Source: Craspedostauros australis | Taxonomy: Eukaryota | Direction of reading: 5' to 3' | NCBI GenBank assembly: GCA_030167865.1 | Contig: JALAGF010001633.1 | Coordinates: forward strand, 1 to 64,000 | DNA: 64,000 nucleotides | Part shown: piece by piece, positions 54,705-64,000 of the stretch | How positions within the stretch are numbered: position 1 is the stretch's first letter | Layout of the letters: each line of letters starts with the position of its first letter | The notes under the pieces: model-generated | The model's database searches: none | Told to the model about the DNA's origin: nothing | Seen by the model: only the letters and a program-made list of their open reading frames with translations | Position numbers and translations under genes: made by a program

Positions 54705-57700
54705 ATGAGCAACGATCCAGACGGCTTCGAGGACGGGGACCTGGAGGACAGCAGCGACGAGGAGGTCGCCGCCGCCGCCGCCACGAAGAAGAGCTCCAAA
54801 AAGAGACGCGCGGACGGAGGCGATGGGTCATCCTCGCAGCGCAAGAAGACCAAGGGCTTCTCCTCCATGATCGATGACGCTGCCGAGGAGTCCGGCGATG
54901 AAGGCGGAGGCGACGACGATGAGGATGACGAGGACGACGACGAGAACAACAACGATTACGTCAAGGATGGATTCGTCGTCGACGAGGACGAGGAGGAGGA
55001 GGACATTCGCCCGATGCGCAGAAAGAAGCGATCCGGAGATCTGGAAGACAGTGACGACGACGATGATGACGACGACGATGACATCGACGAAGGCCGCAGC
55101 AAGAAGTTCAAAAAGGTCCGCAAGATGAGAAACTTCGATCGGCTGGATGAGGATGATCTGGACCTGGTGCGCGAGGCAAGGGGCGAGGAACGACCCCGCG
55201 CATCCGCCTTGGCGCGCGAGCGGGAGATGGAGCGTCGCAAGATCGTCGCTAACAACGAATCCGAGCTGCGCAAGGGGCTGTTCCTTGAGGAGGCAGCGGA
55301 GGAGGACGAAATCAGGCCGGAACCATCCCGCAAGCACGCCAGAGGCCGCATGGTCGAGCGCTACGACGAGGACGGGATGGATGACTTCATCGACGATGAT
55401 ATTGGCGATCAAGGCGTCATCTTGGCCAGCGAGCGCAGAACGGCGTACGATGACGAGGCGGGAGGCGAAGTCAACGAGGCGCAGATGCAGGAGGCCAGCG
55501 ACATATTCGGAACGGACTACTTGGATTACATGGCTACCGAGGGACGTGGTGATGACGATGCCGACGATCTCTTTGGAAAGGACAAGTATCGCGAGAGGGG
55601 CGTGGGCGTGGATCTCGGCGTGGACTCCGACGATGACATATCCGTGGAGGACGACGAAGACGAAGACGATCTCTTTGACGATGACGACGACGATGGCGGC
55701 GTGGCGGCGCACCAGCGACACGAGGCGACCAAGCTGAAGCGCCAAAAGCGAGAGTTGGCGCGCCAGGAACGCCGCCGCAAGGCACAGGAGAAGCGCAACG
55801 CCCTCCGCAAGGCGCAGCTGCGACGCGCCTTCGAACCGGTGCAGCTCATCGAGAACTTCTGCACGGACAGGGATGACGAGATCCGGCGACTCGATGCACC
55901 GGAACGATTCTTTGACTGGAACACGCCGTTTCATGGTGCGTCCACCATGGAGGCCGAGATCACTGCCGACGAGGAAGAAGAATCGCTATGGATGGTCAGC
56001 CGCATCCCGGACATCGCGGCTGAGTACTACACCGCCAATCCCGATGAACCCATCGAGGCAGTGGAGCAGCGTCGCCAGGCCATACTGCATTCCATCATCT
56101 TCGCATTGCGGTACATGCATCTGCAAAAGTTGGAGCCGGCGTTCATCAAGCGATACAGAAAGGACGTCGTCACATCCACAGCGGTGCAGGACAATCTGTA
56201 CAACATCCTCGATGAGGACACGGAGTGGGATGGCTTGCTGACAGCCCGTAACAAGGTCGAATCGCTCATCCATGGTCACAGCGCCATGGCACAGAAGTTC
56301 GAGGCCATGGGCGTGGCATCGCAAGATGTCGTGCAGCTGGAACAGCAACTCAACATGGCGCGGACCGAGCTGGCGGACAACGCTGCGCAGGAATCCAAGC
56401 TCAAGGATGAACTTGCCGCAATCAACCAGCAGCTGGGATCGGATGCCAACGACGAAGAAGACGATGACGACGATGGATTATTTGCAGACGATGACGACAA
56501 CGACGATGACGAGGTACGTGTCCCAGTGCCTCTTGTTCCATGCTTCATTTCGGTAATGTGGCTTGTCTTGCCGTGTTCATCGGGAAAATGATGCTCCCAC
56601 TGCATCTCGCATGTGTCTCGTATGTATCTCACCTGTTGCATTCATTCTGCGTGTATTCTGCATGCTCAAACGCAACCATGTTGTGCGCGATGTTACCACT
56701 GCCAATGCCAACGCCAACGCACCTCCATCGTGCGCAGGAAAAAAAGAGGCTGAAGAAGCAGAAGGAAGGTGTCAAGTCCCACCTTCAGACGGTGCAATTG
56801 CTCATGGGCAACCGTGCCGAGAACGTGGCCGGGCTGGAACGACGTTTCACAGAGGCGCAGTCCAAGCAACAGGAGACGCAAACGTCCCAAGGCCCTGCCA
56901 TGCGCATCATCAAGAAGGCACGCAGGGAGCAGCTGCTCAACGCCGACGACATGGAGGAGTACCTGCAGGGCTTGACTGATCCACGGAATATCGTCGACAT
57001 CAGCAGCTATATGTCCCTCGTCCGAGAGGGTAGCGACGCCATCATCAAGAAGGAGATGCCGGGTGCCTCGACTGAGGACAAGTCCAAGGACGATCGCAAA
57101 CGTAGTCGCAGATTTGACCGTGATTTCTACCGCACTTGCGTCTCGGAGGGGCTGCGTGACATCAGCTATCGTTTCTTACTGTCGCCATCCCGAACTGGCA
57201 TCAAGCTGGAGGACCAAATGACGATGGGTCAATTCAACTACAGTCGCAAGATGCCAGGGGAGAAGGACGCGTCGCCCATGAGATGGAACCCGCCAGTCAT
57301 GGACAAAGAGACGCCGGATGAATTTGCCAACGAACTGATTGGAAGCGGTGATCTCGTCCTGCTGTCCTCCAACAACGCAGCGAAGCAGGCCGATGGGCTA
57401 GGCATGGAGACGAAATCGGGCCAGCAAGACAGCGAGGACAAGCTGCGTGGGTGCCGCTACGTCGCCGCGATGGAACTGGCATACGAACCACGCATCCGAA
57501 GACAGCTGCGTGCCATCTACCGCCGCCATGCAGTCCTATCCACGCGTCCAACCAAGAAGGGGAAGGAGAACATCGATTGCTTTCATGACTACTACGGCCT
57601 CCACCTCATCCGGTCCAAACCTGTGTCGGATCATTTCCCAATGGAAGAGAGCGACCTGCAGGCCAAGCTCTCCGCCGCAACTTCATCCGAGGAACGGGCG

Positions 57701-60700
57701 GAGATCTACAACGAATGCAAGGGACTGGAAAAGAACAGCTGCTTACAGTTTCTGAATCTTCTGAAGGCTGAACAGACCGCCGACCTGACGATCAGTGTCC
57801 ATCTCCCGATGGCACGCCCCCACGACAAGTGGTACGATGACACGGACATGTTCAAGAATCGCGAGAATCAAGACATCAGTCTGCTGTTGACACCGCTGGA
57901 GAGGGTATACCTGCCCCTCGATGTCGACATGATGGAGTGGAACGAAGAACGACTCAAGGTGCTGAAGCAGGCCATTTTCATCTTTCTCCTGCCCCAATTC
58001 GAGGCAGAAGTCCGCAAGGAATTGAGGGAGGCTGCCGTCAAGGCAGGTGTCAGAGAGGCATCGCACAAGCTCCACGAGATGGCCATGGAAGGTCCGTACC
58101 GGCCACATGCCATCGCCCACGCCGAAAACAGATTCCTCTACCCCACAGAAAATCTCAAGATGGTGGGCATCTGTTGCGCATCCGACAGCAAGGACGCCAC
58201 GTACATGGCATCGGTGACCGAACGTGGGGAATTCCACGATCACCTCGCAATCCCATCAGGCACCAGCGTCGACAAACCCAAGATGCGGGAGAAGGTCATT
58301 TCGTTCCTTCTGTCGTCCCGTCCTGCCGCCATCGTCATCGGCACGTCCGGTGGCTTCGACAGTCGGTTCTTGGTTCGCAAGATGACGGATCTGGCCAACG
58401 AAGCCATGCAGCGTTGGAGCTCGCGTCATATCCAGGGCGAGGATGAGGATGAGGAGGAGTTCAACACCCGACGCGAAGCGCTCATGCAGTACATGCCAAG
58501 CAATCACTACGACGACGGCGACGAGGATCTCGACTGGAAGTGCAACGTGGATCTCATCGACGACAGTGTCGCCCAGTTGTTCGGCCGCAGCGTGCGCGGA
58601 AAGAAGGAATTTGCAGACCACGCAGTGAACCTCAAATGCGCCATCGCAATTGCGCGGCACGCAAAGGACCCGCTCTCCGAGCTGGCGTACACATGGAGCG
58701 TCGCAAGTGACACAGGCAATTTCGGAGCCGAGATGTTGTACCTGAACATTCACCCTCTCCAGAAACTCCTGCCTAAAACATACCTGTTGCGAAGCTACGA
58801 GCGGGTTCTCTGCGAAGTCGTCGCGGAGATTGGTGTGGATGTCAACACAGCGTGCGCTTTGGATCACTCCCATGGCCTCTTGACGTTCGTGCCTGGTATG
58901 GGACCTCGTAAGGCATCGAACCTGAAGCAAAATATCGTGCAGCAGGGTGGCACGGTGTCAAACCGACGCGCACTGTTGGAACAGCGGTACATGGGGCCTG
59001 TCGTGTACAACAATTCCGTCGCCTTCCTGCGCATCCGTGACACAGAGGAGCTTCGCGACCAATTCCTGCACCCTCTCGACGATACTCGTCTGCATCCGGA
59101 CGTGTACCACAGAAACAATTGGGCCATCAAGATCGCCATCGACGCTCTCGAACGGTCCGAGGATGAAAGCCGCAACAATAAGGAGAATGCCAACATCAAG
59201 GCGCTCAAGGATGTCATGGACAACTCCGGTGGCGAGGTGAGGCGTCTTTTCGATGCCACCAAGGCCGAATGGGAGAGCCTGTACGGCAACACGTTCATGG
59301 TGGCGGATTGGAATCCCAACAACGTGCCAACTGATCGTTGGGGCGACAAGGTGGAGGAGCTGGACCTGGAGACCTTCGCACGTATGATCGAAGAAAGCGG
59401 CATGGGCAAGTGGCACTCTCATCTCCAGATGATCAAGTGGGAGTTCCGCCTGCCCTTCGTGGACCCGCGAACCCCCATGCAACGTCTCGTTGGCGACAAG
59501 CTGTTCCACCTCATTACAGGCGAAACGGACCAGTCGTTGCGGCCGGGCAAGGAGGTGACAGGCAAGGTTCTGCGCAACGGAGACTTCGGTTCGCGCGTCA
59601 AGTTGGAGGGTGACATCCCAGCCTTCATACCGCTGCGCAATCTGGCCGACGAACACGTGGAGTCAGCGGAGGATGTGGTGACCGTGGCGCAAGTCGTCAC
59701 TGCGATCATCACCGAGGTCAAGAAGGAGCACATGTGCGTGGACATGAGTCTCAAGCTCGAAGACTTTCGCAAACCGCAGAGCAGCTGGGAGCGCCCAGCA
59801 TCGTTGCAACCGGTCGATCGGTGCTTTGATGAACGCGCCGCGATGGACATCGAGACGAAGAAGAACAAGGACCGAGAGGCGAGGTTGGAGGCTATGCACT
59901 TGCGCGTCAGCACGAAGCTCGGAGAAGATGACGGCGAGACCAAGAAGAAGATTGGCAGAGTGTCCCGGCGTGCCTGCGCTCATCCCGCCTTCCGCAATGC
60001 TAACAACGCGGCCGTTGAGAAGGAGCTGAAGGATGCAGGAGCCGCCATGGTCGGTGAAGCCTTGATTCGTCCGAGCAGCAAGTCCAGCGATTCGTTGGCC
60101 ATCCATTGGGCGGTGAGAGAAGGTAGCATCAAGGTCGTCGAAGTCCTCGAAGAGGAGAAAGACACAGAAGCCAGCATCGGAAAGAAACTGAAGATCAAGG
60201 ACGAGGTGTATGAAAGTATCGACGAATTGCTTGGACGGTACATCGCTCCGATGAATGACTATGTCGAAGAGATGACGAGCCACAGGAAGTTTGCGGATAT
60301 GACAGAGGACGACCTAGATGAAAAGCTGAAGAGGGAGAAGAAGGCCAACCCATCAGGCGTGTTCTACAACCTCTGCTGGACGGAGATGCATCCAGGATAC
60401 GCATCCCTGCGATTCATTCTCAGCTCGAATGCCAGGCATCACATCATTGGCATTTCCCCCAACGGCTTCATGTGGGGACAGAAGACGTACCCAGGTCTCG
60501 ACAACCTGCTCAATGACTTCAAGAAGAATCCTCGGGGAAACCCAGCAAACAAGCGAGCACCACCACCCTCCGGATCCAAACCTGCTCCACCACCGAAACC
60601 ATCGCGATGGGGGAACCGTCCACCGCCTCCCAGCGCCCCTCCTGCGTGGCGCCAACAACCGGCACCTCCAGCACGCCCGCCTCCTCCAGCGGGAACTCCG

Positions 60701-60940
60701 AATGGATGGGGAGGTCAGGCCGGTCCAGCTGTGGCGCAGTGGGATCGTTCTGGCGGCGGCGGTGGTGATGGATCTGGCATGCAACCTGCACCACCCAGCT
60801 ACCGCCCACCTGCGCCGACACAACCGCCACCGCCACCTGCGTACGGGCGTCCACCGCCACCAGGTCCACCCCCAACTTATCAGCAATACTCGCAGCAACC
60901 GCCTCCGCCACCCCCTGGTGCCTACCAGCATCGTATGTAG
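54705..60940 (+). CDS. SPT6: Transcription elongation factor / histone chaperone SPT6; 2 exons: 54705-56513, 56738-60940
   Basis: Acidic N-terminus (FEPVQL...F.TD.D..IR..D.PER), YqgF-like region, HhH (FVPGMGPRKA, LDDTRLHP), S1 domain and tandem SH2 (HPAFRN, LIRPSSK, YESIDELLGRYIAPM). The intron is GTACGT(56514)...CAG(56737). Confidence 0.97.
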
Positions 60941-62522
60941 ATCGAAGGTGTGCTTGGAGCTACGGGTGAACGGCACGAATACGGCTGAGAGGAACGAGAC
61001 TCACGTCTTGGAAGTCGCACCAGAGCCTGTCTACATTCGTGTTTTCATTTTCAGATCTATATACAGGTACGGTATGTACATGCGAGTGTGACATTTATTC
61101 AACCAACCAACAACAAAAAACACTCTACGCAAATTAGATTTGAAGGGCAGATTTGCAACTATTCTCTGCATCCATACGAGTACAAGCATTGATATTGTGT
61201 ATAATAGTTCCAAAGGAGATAGAGGATCGTGCAACAATTCTCCCGATCTCGGAAAGGTCGAAGAGCGCGGCATCAGCTATACCCAGGTGCACCAAAATAC
61301 TCAAGATTATGCTTGCAGACCCCCGATCTCTCCCAGCCCATGTTCCCAAACCGAAAACGTGTTGGAGGCTTGGGCTTTGTCGGGGTCGACAAGCCCTGTT
61401 GTGACGATTTCAGCACGTGGTCCGTGAGCTACAGTAGTCTGAATGGAGCCTGCGTCTGCTGAAGCTGTTTCATAAGCGCTGTCCGATTGCGGAGATGTCC
61501 CTTCTGTTTTCTAGGCTGATCCGTGAATTGATGCAATTCGTCGTGTTTGCGTGTTCGTGATTTCCAGACCCTGGCTTTGGCGGTCGACCGATTACCTCCA
61601 GTTGTGTCGGATTGACTGGCGTGTTCGATTCATCGGTGCCCTTCGATCTGCTCCGAAAGCGGATCGTGAGACAAGATGACACTGCTGTGCTTTTGGCAGT
61701 GCTCGCAAGCACATAGTAGGGTAACTGATCCGTCTATGAGCTTTTCGTAGAGTACTCGCATTGGCACTCTTCTGCCAGTACGTTCGTGACCGCCATAGGA
61801 ACGACCAGTAATCTGATCGTCAAGGTGGATGGGACGGGACGGGATGGGGTGGGATGTGCATGCACATTACGAGCTAGTCGCTCTGGCGGTGTCGTGTTCC
61901 TTGATTTTTGAGAAGGTTACTATAAAAATCGAACTGCTTCCAATATAACGTCGAAAAACGGTCGAGTTGACCCCTCTTGGGTTTTCTGTGAACTTTTTGG
62001 CATGTTTGTGCGAAGATGTCAACCCAAACAAGAACCAAACACTCGGAGTCTCCGTTGAGACACCGCCTGCCGATGATCCAAGAGCATTGCACGCCCTCGA
62101 TGAGAACCCAAACAGCTCCGACGTGACCATGGGATGGCTGATTTCGCAAAACACACCGTCGTGGCCTTGTACGATGCGGCACTGCACGGCACAACACAAC
62201 ACAACACAACATGACATCAAACGCAAACCTCACACCTGAGTGTGCCCATCGGCCTCATGCTGCGGTGAAGATGTGAAGAATGCCAGAGCTCGCAAGGCAG
62301 AACATGCGCGCATTCCATCGCATTGGTTTTGAATCTGCGCTGCCCAAGGTTGGCAGTGGTGCGGCGGCAACAATGCGGTGGCAACGAGTGAAAACAGCAG
62401 AGGAACCACGCAGACCGAACATGATTTGTTGCACTCTCTGCCATAAAATCGCAGTCGGCGGAAAACATCCCTCTCAACACATCAGCCTCCTTGCATTTCA
62501 TCCTTCTTTCGCGATCACAACA

Positions 62523-63509
62523 ATGCGGCTCCACGACATCGTAAACAGTCGCGCGGATAGAAACACAGAACGAGACGACGTGGTTCGCAAGGACTTAGAC
62601 GATTTCCATGATTCGAAAGGCATCAGAAGATTGATCAATATCGTTCGTGAGTACCTTGTCACTGAAGTCGACATCGACAGCATCATTCCGGACAATCGCC
62701 TTCCTCGCAACGAAGTCATCGATGCCGCCAACGCATGCTTGAGCGAATTCACAAGCGGCGGTGGGAGCTTTCTGATACAAAGACCAGGAAGCGAGCAATG
62801 GATTGATCCTGGAGAAACACTGTATCACTTCATCGCTTTACAAATCGTCAGCCTCTTCTTGCAATACATCACCGATCGAAATATGATCACGGCCGATGCC
62901 ATCAACACCTACGAGGAAATCAATGAGATGATCCCACACATGGAGATGCTCGCAGAGGCGGTCGATCGAGGTGCCAATGCGTACACCGAACCTGTTCCCG
63001 CCTATGTCTGCCAAATCTCCTATCATCTGAAGAAGTACAGGGTCAGAATGGAAACAATCAACACGCGCATCGAACTCCACTACTTCGTGACGGGCTTCCT
63101 TGACGAAAATGATCGGATTGTTTTCGACCCAAGCTTGATCATTTCTCAGGCCACTCATCATGGCAACAAGCTCACCGACTATCACGACGAGGTCGCCGAC
63201 TTCAAGGAGCGGCTTCGCCGAGACGCGACCAATGTCAGAAGATTCGCACTGATCTACGCTCAAGAACTGGCTGAAGCAGTCGCTTTCAATCGTCATCGCC
63301 GTGAGCACAGTCCCCGGATGGGTGCTCACCAACGAAGACGGGTTGAAGATCGGGAACTTCTCCGCGCTCGTATGTATGCCACTGCTTCCGCTTACGCCCG
63401 CACGCGTGATGCTGATGGCCTTCTGAGTCTTTCTTTTGCTCGTTCCACCGCTCGTAGTCGTAGCATCCGTCGTGCTCGCACTCGCAGAAGAACTGAAAGA
63501 CTACAGTAA
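62523..63509 (+). CDS. Hypothetical protein with a degenerate DUF6824-like N-terminal domain and an Arg-rich C-terminus
   Basis: 328-aa ORF from ATG 62523. DDVVRK....HDSKGIRRLINIVREY...GGGSFLIQ.....W........IVSLFLQ loosely follows the diatom-expanded DUF6824 pattern (DVL.GRG...H.GN..FR..V...GGRFL...W...KV..ALR). Confidence 0.55.
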   Translation: MRLHDIVNSRADRNTERDDVVRKDLDDFHDSKGIRRLINIVREYLVTEVDIDSIIPDNRLPRNEVIDAANACLSEFTSGGGSFLIQRPGSEQWIDPGETLYHFIALQIVSLFLQYITDRNMITADAINTYEEINEMIPHMEMLAEAVDRGANAYTEPVPAYVCQISYHLKKYRVRMETINTRIELHYFVTGFLDENDRIVFDPSLIISQATHHGNKLTDYHDEVADFKERLRRDATNVRRFALIYAQELAEAVAFNRHRREHSPRMGAHQRRRVEDRELLRARMYATASAYARTRDADGLLSLSFARSTARSRSIRRARTRRRTERLQ

Positions 63510-64000
63510 AGTTTCGCATGGCGGCACCACAACAACACCCCTGCCCATCCACAATTCTGTCAGCGTGCATCCAACGATAACTCCAATGGCACTTTCGACG
63601 ATTCCAGTTCATCGAGTTGTCTTTTCCACACCAAGCCAGGCCAAGATGTAGCGAACACGATGCTCCACGAAGGACATCTCCCTATTTGTAAACAATTCTA
63701 GAATACTCGTACTCCACAAATAGAATGATACCTTCATGATGCAGCAGTTTTCTGCCAGTAGAACTGCGATCGCGATTTCGGTGTTGCGGCCGCCAGGGTT
63801 GGGTGTGTGTTTCAGTGACTCAGCTGCGACACAGATCACACCATACGGCAAGATCTCTCGCACATGCATCTGTGATTCTTTGTCCCGTCTTTCGGGTATT
63901 CACGTCCATGTCTTGACAGCGACCTTGGAGACAGCGATGGGCTGCTCTGAGAGAAATTGGAGGGATCATGGCGGGACCTTGTGGAACGCGCCATGACCAT

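Noticed and set aside
1-64000. tRNA, rRNA, snRNA/snoRNA, riboswitches, selenocysteine or stop-codon recoding
   Set aside because: I saw no convincing cloverleaf, snRNA 5' signature or box C/D pair by eye. All gene models close with standard stops once introns are removed. An Infernal/tRNAscan-SE run would be needed to exclude small ncRNAs.

Overview
This is eukaryotic nuclear DNA, almost certainly from a diatom or a related photosynthetic stramenopile. The evidence is fucoxanthin-chlorophyll Lhcr antenna genes, bipartite ASAF-type plastid presequences, GT-AG introns of about 155-660 bp, high-GC3 exons and microsatellite-rich intergenic DNA. I reconstruct 19 protein-coding genes: SNF7/CHMP4, an EDR2-C (DUF1336) protein, COPA, an orphan tandem Cys3His-PW protein, five consecutive plastid-targeted genes (Era, GrxB, RPH1-like, two head-to-head Lhcr), a DCAF-type WD40+TPR protein, DusA, RraA, USP32, an F-box+MSP+multi-TM protein, an OTU deubiquitinase, the PP4 catalytic subunit, ALG14, SPT6 and a degenerate DUF6824-like ORF. 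I see no rRNA, tRNA, CRISPR array or intact mobile element. The best candidates for undescribed biology are the F-box/MSP/polytopic membrane fusion, the tandem C-x2-C-x9-C-x5-H-x3-PW domain protein, a signal-peptide-bearing OTU protease, WG and PPxY motifs in the SPT6 tail, and the plastid gene neighbourhood. Family assignments come from motif recognition by eye; no database searches were run.
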